Source: Eledone cirrhosa (lineage: Eukaryota). From it: a DNA stretch of 64,000 bases. Location of the stretch: assembly GCA_964016885.1 (NCBI GenBank), contig OZ024749.1:34224001-34288000 (forward strand). The letters are read 5' to 3'. How positions within the stretch are numbered: the stretch's first letter is position 1; each line of letters opens with the position of its first letter. Made by a program: the position numbers and the translations under genes. The notes beneath the pieces were generated by a model, which saw only the letters and a program-made list of their open reading frames with translations, was not told the DNA's origin and searched no databases. This document shows positions 14,521 through 29,048 of this stretch, piece by piece.

Positions 14521-14626
14521 AATATATATATATATAAATAATTATATATATATATATATATATATAAATATGTATATTATATATATATATAAATATATAA
14601 ATATAAATATATATACATATATATAA

Positions 14627-14717
<91 letters not shown>

Positions 14718-14750
14718 TGTATATTATATATATATATATATTATATATAT

Positions 14751-14781
<31 letters not shown>

Positions 14782-14906
14782 AATATATAAATATAAATAT
14801 ATATACATATATATATATAAATATATATACATATATATATATATAAATATTTCGTTTCTGAATTTGTTTAGCAAGATTCTTTATCTGAAATCGTGTGTTG
14901 AAACCG

Positions 14907-14990
14907 ATATTGTTATACTTTGGGAGGGTCATGTTGCCAATAAGACTATAAACTTATTGGCAACATGACCCTCCCAAAGTATAACAATAT
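14907..14990. repeat. Hairpin with ~38-bp arms next to (TA)n; related single arms at ~5428-5452 and ~36391-36415
   Basis: ATATTGTTATACTTTGGGAGGGTCATGTTGCCAATAAG and its reverse complement. Confidence 0.88.
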
Positions 14991-15146
14991 ATATAAATAT
15001 ATATATATATATAGAAATATATATATATAGAAATATATATAAATATATATATATAAATATATATATCCTGATGTCTTCCAAAACTAACGGTCGCATTTTG
15101 AAAGGGTACGTCAATGTTTATTTATAAAACTGGTATATATTGTATT

Positions 15147-15200
15147 TTGTCTGATGAAGGCATACCATAATTTAACTTGGTATCCTTGAAATATGTATAA
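15147..15200 (+). ncRNA. Hammerhead-like motif (family with copies at 35953-36005 minus and 37977-38030 plus)
   Basis: ttgt-CTGATGA-aggcatacca taatttaact tggtatcctt-GAAA-tatg-TA-taa; stem I short and needs a 1-nt bulge. Confidence 0.6.
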
Positions 15201-15258
15201 TTAAATAAATATGGTTTTATAAATATAGTTTCCATTTATTAATATCGTATATATAAAT

Positions 15259-15294
<36 letters not shown>

Positions 15295-15390
15295 GTATGT
15301 ATATATGTATGTATATATATATATATATATATACATATATATACATATACATATATATATATATACATATACATATATATATACATATAC

Positions 15391-15439
<49 letters not shown>

Positions 15440-15454
15440 CATATATATATACAT

Positions 15455-15489
<35 letters not shown>

Positions 15490-15490
15490 C

Positions 15491-15521
<31 letters not shown>

Positions 15522-15536
15522 CATATATATATACAT

Positions 15537-15621
<85 letters not shown>

Positions 15622-15700
15622 TATACATATATATACATACATATATACATATATATATACATACATATATACATATATATATACATACATATATACATAC

Positions 15701-15775
<75 letters not shown>

Positions 15776-15821
15776 CATATACATATATATATATATACAT
15801 ATATATATATACATATATACA

Positions 15822-15884
<63 letters not shown>

Positions 15885-16445
15885 ACACATACATAGACAG
15901 AATGAACTTTACAAAGGCGGGGATGGAAATTTCAACAATAACAAGCTACGAAATCCACAATCCGTGAACAGCAGCCACTGAACTGCTGCTAAGTCGGAAA
16001 ATGCTTCAGAAAAATAATTTTAATTATAAGCGACAAGAAAACAAATAAACTAGATATAAAACAAAAGAAAGCAGTATATCAAATATAAAACACACATAAA
16101 ACAATAACATAACATATAGATAAACATGAGCAAAACATCAATTTAACCATAGAACAAACAACAAATTAGCAACTGATGCTATGAACATTATAGGCAAGGT
16201 CCTAGAAAAACAAGATAACAAAGCAACGTTGGACACCAACCAACAAAAATGATGGCCTCAGACAGAGACAAATAAACATCACAAAATACTATATGAGATA
16301 AAACAAAGAAGAAGAATAACCGGTCGCTATAATCTATATAATATGATCACGAACTGAAAGAAAGATAATTTTCGCCTGAAGATCGCCTCGGTTTGAAACT
16401 GGATTTGCGATCTACACCACATCCTTTCTCTTTCTCTAGCAAACC

Positions 16446-16519
<74 letters not shown>

Positions 16520-16576
16520 TTTATATATATATATATATAATATATATTTATATATATATATATATATTTATTTATA

Positions 16577-16648
<72 letters not shown>

Positions 16649-16832
16649 CGTTATTCCGGGTTGAATCGGAGGTAACCACAGTAAGTAAGGTACTCAATAC
16701 ATAGCAGAGTATAAAAGTTTTAATATAGATGAGATTCTACAGTCCTGTAGAATCTCATCTATATTAAAACTATATATATTATATATATATATATATTATA
16801 TATATATATCTTATATATATATATATATTATA

Positions 16833-17070
<238 letters not shown>

Positions 17071-18063
17071 TATGCATATTGAGAGAGAGAGACGGGTATA
17101 AATAAATGGATAGATAGATAGATAGGACAGACTTCTACACAGTCTACGTCTACCAAATGGTACTCACAAGATACTTTGTGCCCATTGCGTGACAGAGCAT
17201 CATTTTAATCCGGAAGCATAAGCGAACTTCTCAACACGAAAGATGTCTACCCAGTGCTTATATTACAAACCAATTATATACGAAAACGTATCTTAAACGT
17301 ATTTCAAAAACAGGAAAACAAAATTAAGATTGAACAACTTTTCAGAATAAAATAGTTTCAGAAAAGTTCCAAGAATAGCGACCACATCAGAGAAACAACT
17401 AAAGAAAGCAGTGTCGTGTCGTTAAATATTACAATTGGTTTTTGCTCTACGGGTTGTAGTTTTTATTTGTTGTCGTTGTTGCTGTTAATGTATTTTTTAT
17501 ATAAGTTAATTTTGAATCGAGTGTGATAATTAGTATTCGTATTCTGCTTTTGGGACTACCTTCAAGTAACTTAATGTTCCTATTATGTAAATATAACGTT
17601 TACTAAAACAGATTTATCGGCCATTCTTAACCTCTTGAGAACCATTTTTATCGTATAATATATATTCGAACGTCTCCATCTAGAATGTTCAATTCTAGTC
17701 TGTGTACAATGTATGTATACGTTGTGAGTTGATTTATTGTCTAATTATTATAAACATCGAATCGAACGAGATTTTCTTTCTCTCTCTGGAACGTCTATTT
17801 ATGTCACCAATGCAAAATAAATCTGTGATATTTGATCCTAAACTCACACACACACATATTCCAATGTTTATGAGAAATATTAGATTCCTTATTATGAGAA
17901 ATATCCTGCCTCCACATCCTCTACTTCATCATGTTTCTACTGTTCCGTGTTTTCATATATCTGGTTTTCTGTTTCATATTATTTCATTGAATGTTGAGTT
18001 TTGATTTGAATGTGATTTGGCGTTCATGTGTGAGTAGTATATATATATATATATATATATATA

Positions 18064-18169
18064 TAACGAAGGAAATGTGGTAAGGAACCAGGTGGACCAT
18101 AACGCACCAAAGTACTCAATACTTGGGGTAGTAGAGTGGGTAATAGGAACCAGTAAGATCCTGGTTCCT
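18064..18169 (-). mobile_element. (TA)n-associated palindromic-head element, short-head copy
   Basis: Shared tail AACGAAGGAAATGTGGTAAGGAACCAGGTGGACCATAACGCACCAAAGTACTC; mini-hairpin TAGGAACCAG..CTGGTTCCTA. Confidence 0.75.
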
Positions 18170-18194
18170 ATATATATATATATATATTTCATAT

Positions 18195-18291
<97 letters not shown>

Positions 18292-18353
18292 CATATTATT
18301 TCATTGAATGTTGAGTTTTGATTTGAATGTGATTTGGCGTTCATGTGTGAGTA

Positions 18354-18499
<146 letters not shown>

Positions 18500-18567
18500 C
18501 AATTCCTGTATTAGCAGGAATTGAAATATCAAGACCGTAGAGGTATGTCATATATCAAATCATATAT

Positions 18568-18622
18568 TTTATCTGACGAGGACGTACTGAAAAACAACAC
18601 ACTACCTTCGAAATATATATAA
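18568..18622 (+). ncRNA. Hammerhead-like motif
   Basis: ttat-CTGACGA-ggacgta...taccttc-GAAA-tata-TA-taa, downstream of (TA)n. Confidence 0.55.
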
Positions 18623-18757
18623 TAAAGCATATATTTTGATTATGTGAATATCTTCATTTGTTAATATTTTGAATAATATTAAAAACTCCAGGAAAATTTC
18701 ACTGCTGAATTCTTTTAATCTATTGTAAAACTGTATTCATTGAGTAATCAATGAACC

Positions 18758-18920
<163 letters not shown>

Positions 18921-20074
18921 TGTATGTGTGTATGTGTGTGTGTGCGCGTGTGTTTCTTTATACCATATTATTATTAATATACAACTTATATCCATTATAA
19001 GTGTTTTTATACATTTCTGTAGTATGAAGATGCCTACGTGGCTGAAACCGGTACGATAAATTTCTCCTTTATAGAATAAATGTTTTGTTGGTATTGTATG
19101 AGAAAGTCCCATTAGCATTTTCTACTGTCTTTTTAAATATATATATATATGAGTGTGTATAGGCATCTGAACATGTGTGTGTATAAGTATCTGAACATGC
19201 TTTTTAATAATCGATGTGGCTGTGTTACTCTCTGTGTACGTGTGCATGTAGATATTTATATAAATAAAAAATAGAACACCCAATAGGAGAATATATATCT
19301 AAATAATTGACAAATCTTACGTCATGATTGGATGATGTAACTAGGCCGTTGAAATACGTATACGTTTTGCAACATTAAAACTTTAAAAGAATATTTCCAG
19401 TTCAGCTGTCTATTGTTTTTAAATATGTGTGTGTGTGTGTATGAGTCTATGGGTGTATGTCTGTATGTGTGTGTGTGGGGGGGGTATGTGTCTGTGTGTG
19501 TATGTGTCCGTGTGTGTATGTGTCTGTGTGTGTATGTGTCTGTGTGTGTTTGTAGCTGTGTGTGTATGTGTCTGTGGGTGTATGCATTTAGCTAAAACTG
19601 GGGAGACACAGTAAAATACAGTCTAGTTTCATAGCAATAAGATATCTCCCGTCAATATCCAACTACTAGACAACATGTAGTTTCTTCTCAGTCAAATTAC
19701 AGATTAGTCTGTACCAAAGAGCTCACCAACAGCCGTTGTAGAAGGTTTATATATAAAACATATACGACACTGTTTACATACAGAACAAATAGTCGATAGT
19801 GAACGGAAAGTCCTTCTGGTGAAACCCTCATTACACGCTAGCGTGTGTTTCATTAGCAGACACACCACGCTGTCCGGAAACCGGGTATTTGTGCTAAAGT
19901 ATCTTATTTCTACCTAAATAGATTTTAGACCTAATTAATCGCTCTGAACTTTATGTTTCATTTCTATTGAATATCCTCGATAATTCGTTTTGCATGACTG
20001 AATAAGTATTTGTACCATTGTGAAGTATTTTTATATTCATCAAAATATATATATGTGTGTGTGTATACGTATAA

Positions 20075-20184
<110 letters not shown>

Positions 20185-20419
20185 TTGTATGTGTGAGTGC
20201 GTGAGTGTGTGTGTGTTCTGTGTGTGTGAGTGTGTATACATATAAGCATATATATATATATAGAGAGAGAGGGGGGGAGAGATGGGGAGGAGATATCTGT
20301 GAGTGTATGAGTGTGTGTATGTGTATGAGAGAGAGAGAGCAGCTATTTGCAGTCCGTCTTGAATTGTGGCGCTCATAGATCTAGAAACACTACGTCTCAT
20401 TTGAGCCGACTTTATGTAA

Positions 20420-20450
20420 TACTTGCAGAATGGCCCGGCGTTGCTCGGGA
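20420..20450 (-). mobile_element. Possible Helitron-type 3' terminus remnant
   Basis: Minus strand CCCGAGCAACGCCGGG hairpin followed shortly by GCAAGT (canonical end is CTAG-T). Confidence 0.35.
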
Positions 20451-20789
20451 TTTGCTCTAGGGTTCTTATAAATTTGATATATATTTATCCTTATCGAGCC
20501 TCGTGAAATAAATACGTTTCTTTATATTTTGTTATTGTGTATGCAAAAATATCTGTACACGAATATATAATTATATATATATATACCCACTCTACTACCC
20601 TAAGTATTGAGTACTTTGGTGCGTTATGGTCCACCTGGTTCCTTACCACATTTCCTCCGTTATATATATATATATTTATAAATAACAGATTAAAGTTTAA
20701 GCAAAAAATCGCAGCTTACAATAATTTAGTGTTGAGCAATAACGCCTTGTGGGTGAATTTTGAGTAGGAGAGAGAGAGTGACAGTGAGG

Positions 20790-21420
20790 AAGTGAGAAAG
20801 ATATATGGAGAAGGAACCGACCCCAGTACTAGATTGGTACTTTATTTTTCGACCTCGAAAGGAGGAAAAGCAATGTTGACCTCGGGGAGAGATTTGAACC
20901 CAGAGTACAGAGAAGAAGTGAGAAAGATATATGGAGAAGTAACCGACCCCAGTACTAGATTGGTACTTTATTTTTCGACCTCGAAAGGACGAAAAGCAAT
21001 GTTGACCTCGGGGAGAGATTTGAACCCAGAGTACAGAGAAGAAGTGAGAAAGATATATGGAGAAAGAATCGACCCCAGTACTAGATTGGTACTTTATTTT
21101 TCGACCTCGAAAGGACGAAAAGCAATGTTGATCTCGGGGAGAGATTTGAACCCAGAGTACAGAGAAGAAGTGAGGAAGATATATGGAGAAGTAACCGACC
21201 CCAGTACTAGATTGGTACTTTATTTTTCGACCTCGAAAGGACGAAAAGCAATGTTGATCTCGGGGAGAGATTTGAACCCAGAGTACAGAGAAGAAGTGAG
21301 AAAGATATATGGAGAAGTAACCGACCCCAGTACTAGATTGGTACTTTATTTTTCGACCTCGAAAGGACGAAAAGCAATGTTGATCTCGGGGAGAGATTTG
21401 AACCCAGAGTACAGAGAACC
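20790..21420. repeat. 108-bp tandem repeat (~5.8 units) derived from the SINE core
   Basis: 36-aa periodicity in ORF 20792..21427; unit contains GGTACTTTATTTTTCGACCTCGAAAGGA and GATTTGAACCCAG. Confidence 0.92.
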
Positions 21421-22097
21421 AGAATAATTAACACAAAATATTCTGCCCAACGTTCTAACGATTGTGCCAATTCGTCGCTATAAAACAATGGTATGGTATG
21501 GTCCCGTAACACCTAACAAAGTCGTAGGGACGCTATATTGACATACGACGTTTCTTAGGCATTTCTAAGCCTTGCGGAGCCCATCCCTCTCCAGGCCCGA
21601 GTACGGCAGACTTCTTCCAGAGAAAGATAAAGAGTGAAAGAGGGGAACTGAGAAAGAGATATAAAGGAAGAATTGGCCCCAGAACTGGATTGGTACTTTA
21701 TTTATCGACCTTGAAAGGACGAAAAGCAATGTTGACCTCGGGGTAAGATTCGAACCCAGAGTACAGAGAGCCAGGATGTTCAACGATTGTGCCTATTCGC
21801 TGCTATAAAATAATACCTGAGGTAAATTCAAGCAATATCCACTGTGTTGATTCAATCAACTGATTTGGATTCAACTGAGAACATCTATGCTCTCGCTTGA
21901 CATGCTAGAAACAACAGCCAAATATCTCTCAAATGACGCCCTACCGTCTTACAGGTGGGAAGTATACACTGTATATACCTATAGGACATTATAATGTATG
22001 TTTGAAAGCGATGGACACAACTTTCCCAAACGAGAGATGGCATTAAAGAAATATTTACGCGGTCACCCTACCTGTTAGATACATCAGTCCCTTAAAG

Positions 22098-22407
22098 CAG
22101 GCATGTCAAACATGCGGGTCGCGGGGCGCATGCGGCCCTTTACAAGCACACCTGTGGCCCGCATAAAGGTTTTTACGGCGTGAGCGTATGACCCTTAAAG
22201 CAGGCATGTCAACACATGCGGGCCGCGGGGCGCATGCGGCCCTTTACAAGCACACCTGTGGCCCGCATGAAGGTTTTTACGGCGTGAGCGTAATATAAAA
22301 TAAAAAATATTAGTTGTAATGTGCGCAATTAATTGTCATGTGTGGCCCTCAGACAACAGATATGTGACCCATGTAGCCCCCGGGGAACCCTCACTTTGAC
22401 ATGCCTG
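22098..22407. mobile_element. Non-autonomous hAT MITE with tandem duplication of its left end
   Basis: TIRs CAGGCATGTCAAA / TTTGACATGCCTG; perfect 8-bp TSD ccttaaag; left ~100 bp repeated at ~22192-22291. Confidence 0.9.
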
Positions 22408-22788
22408 CCTTAAAGCATGTTACCGTTTGTAAAAGAATAAAGAAAGGACACATTAGAAAATGTATTCCTCGAAACACGTTGTCTGACTATAAGACGTGTT
22501 GTTACCGCTAATACATATTTGATCTCAGGTCAGCTTGATTGAGGTTAATTCTAGGTTTAAAAAAACTCACTTCGCTTTTAATGCTCTTGAAAAACAATTC
22601 CTTAACGATGCAGCATATCATAAAAACTTAATATTGATTCTTGTTATATTGATCACCATTTTTCTTGCTTGTTTTGTTTTAAGAATATCAATAGATTATA
22701 TAACATACTACAAAATTTAGAGACATCTTAGAAGTAATTTTATAGAATTTAAGCCCCATTGTTTGCAAATATTTAAGAGTTTGATATA

Positions 22789-22903
<115 letters not shown>

Positions 22904-23221
22904 CATACATATATATATACAAGATGTGTATATTATTGATTGAGATTAAGTAGGTAGAATTTTTAATGTAATTCAAAACTCCGGAAAGACACTTTGTGTA
23001 AATGTCGTTTTAATCTGAGTCAAGATTATAACAGCTGTATTTTCGATATATCAGATGGAAGAATATTTAGGAAAAAAACAACCTTAATATCCTAATTCAA
23101 TAATGTCTATAGTCTAGGATATTTTATTTGTGAATTTATTTTCAATTATTTTAGTAAATAATATACGGATATCTATAAAAATTGATGGTATCTATAAATG
23201 TTTGCATTATATAGGTATGAG

Positions 23222-23425
23222 GGAGGTGGGTTGGCAGTATCAATAGAGGGTCAGACACCATGCTTTGCAGCATAGAGTTATGGCCTTTTACGTTCTGTGT
23301 TCAAATCCCGCCGAGGTTAGCTTTGCCTTTCATCCTTACGAGGTCAATAAAATAAAGCACCAGTTATGCACTGGGGTCGATTTAATCGACTTTCCCAACC
23401 CCCAAAATTGCTGGCCTTGTGCCAA
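23222..23425 (+). mobile_element. tRNA-derived SINE
   Basis: Same family as 9487-9702. Confidence 0.85.
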
Positions 23426-24147
23426 TAGTTGGTATGTATGTATGTATGTATGTTTTATGTATGTGTGTATGTATTTGTCAAAAATACAATTGCTTCCAGA
23501 TGAGTTTCGCGTGGCTTCTCTGATCGGCTCATTTCTACGAGGGTTTCACCATCCAAAAATAAATGTTACATTTGTTAACGGATATGTTCCAACTATGTGC
23601 GCTACGGACGTCGAAAAGCTTGGATTTTATCTTTTCTTAAAAGAAATTGCTCGGAAGATCCCTCGATTTGATAAAATTCTCATACTTGGGGATTTTAATG
23701 CTAGGGCTGGAAATGACCACAAATTAGAAATTGTAAAATGTTACTTCTACCAATGTGTTAGGAGCTAAGTCTTTGTGTTGCTAACACTTTCATCCAGCAC
23801 AAGGAGAAGCACAAGACAACCTGGATCCATCCAAGTTCAAAGCAATGGCATATAATAGATTTTGTTCTTATGGGTAAGCGGGATTTTCGAGACATATATA
23901 ATGCCTGTGTGTTGCGAGGAGTTGAGTACTGGTTATACCCTCGTCTTGTTTGCCCTAAGGTAAATAAAGCCGAAAATACGAGTAAATGTTGCTCCAAAAA
24001 AATTAAATATTGCTCCGATTAAAAATGACACATGAGAAGATTTCATAACTTCGGCTTATAATACTCCGGCATCTGTTCTTAGTTTTATTAATAGGAAACA
24101 ACAAGGTAGGCTTAATGAAAATGAGGAAGAGATTGAAGTGCTACATA

Positions 24148-24748
24148 ATTGTTTCTAATCTTGGCAGAAGGGCAGCAATAATCCCAGTGTATTACTGGTA
24201 CTTTATTTTATCAACCTCGTAAGGATGAACGGCAAAGTTAACCTCGGGGGGGATTTGAACTCAGACCATGAAGGGCCGTAACTCTTTGTGCAAAGCATGG
24301 CGTCAGACCCTCTACCGATACTGCCAATCCACCGCAATACAGCAATTATCTCAGTGTATTACTGGTGCTTTATTTTATCGACCTCGTAAGGATGAAAGTC
24401 AAAGTTAACCTCGGCGGGATTTGAACTCAGACCATAAAGGGCCGTAACTCTTTGCTGCAAAGCATCGCGTCAGACCCTCTACCGATACTGCCAATCCCCC
24501 ACCGAAGTGCTGCATAATTGTTTCTACTTTTGGCACAAGGCCAGCAATTATACCAGTGTATTACTGGTACTTTATTTTATCGACCCCGTAAGGATGAAAG
24601 GCAAAGTTAACCTCGGCGGGATTTGAACTCAGACCACAAAGGGCCGTATGTAAAATAATTTTTCTACTTTTGGCACCAGAATGGCAAGGGCCGTAACTAT
24701 GCGTCAAAGCATGGCGTCCGACCCTCTACCGATACTGCCAATCCACCT
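24148..24748 (-). mobile_element. Cluster of three tandem/nested SINE copies
   Basis: Three repeats of TACTGGTACTTTATTTTATCGACC..AAGGATGAAAGGCAAAGTTAACCTCGG..GACCCTCTACCGATACTGCCAATCC. Confidence 0.88.
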
Positions 24749-24920
24749 GAAACGAAGACAGCTATGATGAGAGTGTTTATGGGGTAGGGAGCTGGAAGCG
24801 CAATCTCCGTAACATACAAGACGGATGGAGGAAATGTAACATTAAGGAGATTCATGCTGCAGCTGCTGCGGACAATACAAAGCTACTTTACAACTTATTA
24901 CGAGAGGTTTATGGTTTTGT

Positions 24921-25036
24921 GAAGGCGTGTAGCTGAGTGGTTAGAGAATTGGATTCACAATCGTAAGGTTGTGAGTTCGATTCCTGGACCAGGTGATGCG
25001 TTATGTCCTTGAGCAAGACACTTTATTTCACGTTGT
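24921..25036 (+). mobile_element. tRNA-headed CORE-type SINE (second family), 3'-truncated
   Basis: tRNA-like head (TAGCTGAGTGG..GAGTTCGATTCC) then TGTCCTTGAGCAAGACACTTTATTTCAC, a CORE-like domain; minus-strand copy at ~63950-64000. Confidence 0.75.
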
Positions 25037-25446
25037 TCCTTCTACCTGGAGTTGCGACCGATAGATAGTATTAGCAATTGGAAAGACCAACGGAAACATT
25101 GTTCCCTCGGTCCGATTTGACGAAAGTCGATCGTTCCTTTTTATGGTCCTTATTCTTCTCCAAATATACCTCTCAAATGTCAAAATGTCAATGAATTATT
25201 TAGAGACCAAAAGGGCATCTTTTGGGGATGGAAGCAACACATTTTCGAGTCAATGGGAAGTTTATTGAAACAATTGCTAGTTTGCCTACAAATGGTGTAC
25301 TAGCATGTAGTATTAAATATACCATATATCTTTAGATGTACGAAATTCACATACATGTACGTATACAGCTATGACTAAGCTAATTTTTTATTCTTTCTCT
25401 CTTTCTCTCACCCCCTCTCTTTCTATATATATATATATACATATAT

Positions 25447-25517
<71 letters not shown>

Positions 25518-25598
25518 TATATACATATATATACACACATATATATATACATACATATATATATATACATACATATATATATATACATACATATACAC

Positions 25599-25629
<31 letters not shown>

Positions 25630-25756
25630 TATATATATATACATATATATATACATACATATACACACATATATATATATATACATACATATACATACAT
25701 ATGCACACATATATATATACATACATACATATACATATACACACATATATATATAT

Positions 25757-25844
<88 letters not shown>

Positions 25845-26137
25845 ATATATATGTATATATATATATGTGTGTATATATATGTATATATATATATGTGTGT
25901 ATATATATGTGTGTGTGTATATATATATATTTATGTATATGTAAATATTTATATTTAATAATCTTCCGTTGGGTTGAGATGTAATTTGGGCGATATTGGG
26001 CTGCGCTTTCTAGCAACCAGCCTACTCGCCGTAAGCACATTCTTTCTAACTTGACCACTGCACGTCACGATTCTTAGCCATTTTTTAAATCTATTTCTGG
26101 CGGGATCGCTTTGGAAAATTAACTGTCCTTTTAAGTT

Positions 26138-26216
26138 TGTCTCCCGATGAGTCCGATACTCGAGATTTATCCTTAATAGGATGTCTCAAAATACGAACGA
26201 AACCATGGTAGAGATA
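26138..26216 (+). ncRNA. Type I hammerhead ribozyme, CCGAUGA core variant
   Basis: tgtctc-CCGATGA-gtccg..[gagat..atcct taat aggat gtctc]..cgaac-GAAA-ccatgg-TA-gagata. Confidence 0.75.
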
Positions 26217-26266
26217 TAATTACGGTATGTACACATTTCTTCTAACTTTAAATTTATACCTAATTG

Positions 26267-26355
26267 TGCTCATGTGTTCAACACTGACAAAGACGATAGC
26301 TAATAAGCTTGAAACTAGTACAGCGTTCCTTTGTCAGTGTTGAACAAATGAGCAA
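26267..26355. repeat. Inverted repeat enclosing the 3' part of a hammerhead
   Basis: TGCTCATGTGTTCAACACTGACAAAG / CTTTGTCAGTGTTGAACAAATGAGCA arms; loop GACGA-t agct aata agct t-GAAA-ctag-TA-cag. Confidence 0.78.
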
Positions 26356-26606
26356 CGATGGTTGCTAGACACTGTACGGCTTAATTCGGGATGTTTGTTT
26401 ACAAACACACCGATCATTCTAATAAATGTTCGGTGAATCCATACGTACATATATATATATATGTGTGTATGTATGTATATATATGTATGTATATATACAT
26501 ACTACTGTACGTCTGTATACATATATGTATGTACATATATATACTTATATTTAAGTAACAGCCGTACTAAGAGTGAGAAATAAAATTTCGTTTCATTTTT
26601 TCCGTT

Positions 26607-26638
<32 letters not shown>

Positions 26639-26928
26639 CACACACACATACACATATGTATATATAAATATATATGCACGTATACATATATACATATTTG
26701 TTGTTGACAGTCTAAATCGATTATGTTATTAGTTTATATATAATATTACAGGAGATTGATTTTTTTCCTCATGAAATGACGTGAGTAATTAGAGTCGAAA
26801 TATCATATACCGAAAATATCACATACAAATTGAAGTAGATGTAGAATAGCTTCAGGATATAACATACACGAAAGTCTTGCGATTCTGGCAAATTAGTTCG
26901 TTGATTAAAGACATTTACATTGCTCTTG

Positions 26929-27015
<87 letters not shown>

Positions 27016-27028
27016 TATATATATATTC

Positions 27029-27069
<41 letters not shown>

Positions 27070-27087
27070 TTTATATATATATTCATT

Positions 27088-27120
<33 letters not shown>

Positions 27121-27390
27121 TCATTTATATATATATATATTCATTTATATATATATATATTCATTTATATATATATATATTCATTTATATATATATATAT
27201 TCATTTATATATATATATACATATATATATATTCATTTATATATATATTCATTTATATATATATATATTCATTTATATATATATATATACATATTCATTT
27301 ATATATATATTCATTTATATATATATATATTCATTTATATATATATATATACATATTCATTTATATATATATATACATATATATAAATTC

Positions 27391-27493
<103 letters not shown>

Positions 27494-27590
27494 TAGATAT
27501 ATATATGTATATATAGAGAGAGATATATATATAAATATATTATTAAAAGATCGGCGGATATAATCAGTTGGTTTAGGTTTATTTAAACCA

Positions 27591-27648
27591 CCGTTATACA
27601 TATTTCACTGAGGACTATCAGGTAAGATAGCCTGAGCTCTTCAGACGG
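27591..27648 (-). ncRNA. Hammerhead-like motif
   Basis: Minus: ccgt-CTGAAGA-gctcagg ctatc ttacct gatag tcctcagt-GAAA-tatg-TA-taacgg; close to (TA)n. Confidence 0.65.
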
Positions 27649-28119
27649 CAAAACCTGAAAACATTGGATGTTTTCCCTCCAAACCTTTAAATATATATAA
27701 ACATGTATGAATGCGTGTGTGCTTGCATGCATATGTGTGCATGTGAGAGAGAAAGAGACACGCATACACACATACTCGTTCACGTTAATGTACCTCACGG
27801 TAGACATACAAATGCCAACATTCACACACACATAGGAAAACGTATTCTTATGTAATCATTTATCAACATCTGTCAATTATTTACTTACTAAGACATCTAG
27901 CTGTAAAACATCCCGTCTAAACATGGCAAAAAATGGCAGATAAAAAAATGATGTTGATGATGACCATAAATCCCGGACTTTACATAATCTCACAGAAACG
28001 CACCACTTATTTCAAAACTGCATGAGAAATGAGGGAGGGCTTGTCATATCACTCATGTGCCACACATGTGCACTACTCACGACCCCTCAGATGATGATGT
28101 GTAAGGGAGGTAAGGATGA

Positions 28120-28975
28120 CGACAGTGGGAGAAAAAGAAGACGAGATAGATGAGATGGGGTGGGAGAAAAAAGACGAGACAGATGAGATGGGGCTGGGAG
28201 AAAAAAGACGAGACAGATGAGATGGGGTAGGAGAAAAAAGACGAGACAGGTGAGATGGGGTGGGAGAAAAAAGACGAGACAGATGAGATGGGGTGGGAGA
28301 AAAAAGACGAGACAGGTGAGATGGGGTGGGAGAAAAAAGACGAGACAGGTGAGATGGGGTGGGAGAAAAAAGACGAGACAGATGAGATGGGGCTGGGAGA
28401 AAAAAGACGAGACAGATGAGATGGGGTGGGAGAAAAAAGACGAGACAGATGAGATGGGGCTGGGAGAAAAAAGACGAGACAGATGAGATGGGGTGGGAGA
28501 AAAAAGACGAGACAGGTGAGATGGGGTGGGAGAAAAAAGACGAGACAGATGAGATGGGGCTGGGAGAAAAAATACGAGACAGGTGAGATGGGGTGGGAGA
28601 AAAAAGACGAGACAGATGAGATGGGGCTGGGAGAAAAAAGACGAGACAGGTGAGATGGGGTGGGAGAAAAAAGACGAGACAGATGAGATGGGGCTGGGAG
28701 AAAAAAGACGAGACAGATGAGATGGGGCTGGGAGAAAAAAGACGAGACATATGAGATGGGGTGGGAGAAAAAAGACGAGACAGGTGAGATGGGGTGGGAG
28801 AAAAAAGACGAGACAGGTGAGATGGGGCTGGGAGAAAAAAGACGAGACAGATGAGATGGGGCTGGGAGAAAAAAGACGAGACAGATGAGATGTGGCTGGG
28901 AGAAAAAAGACGAGACAGATGAGATGGGGCTGGGAGAAAAAAGACGAGACAGATGAGATGGGGCTGGGAGAAAAT
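28120..28975. repeat. 30-bp minisatellite (GGGAGAAAAAAGACGAGACAGRTGAGATGGGG(C)T), ~28 units
   Basis: Direct inspection; 10-aa periodic ORFs. Confidence 0.95.
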
Positions 28976-29048
28976 AAAATATTTATTGCATTAGCACATT
29001 TGAATGGTTGATGTTAAGCCGCAGATCAACATTGGCCGGGGTGCACTC

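Larger units (their letters stand above)
23490..25260 (+). mobile_element. Decayed RTE-clade LINE (AP endonuclease and downstream region) interrupted by SINEs
   Basis: VNGYVPT..FY..L....IP..DKILILGDFNARAG, then LCVANTF.QHKEKHKTTWIHPSSKQWHIIDFVL, later EIHAAAAADNTKLLYNLLREVYG; frameshifts and stops. Confidence 0.8.

Noticed and set aside
20790-21420. CRISPR-like or repeat-protein appearance
   Set aside because: No unique spacers; unit is SINE-derived; eukaryotic context
24921-25000. Possible tRNA gene
   Set aside because: Continues into a CORE-like domain and lacks an acceptor stem; SINE head
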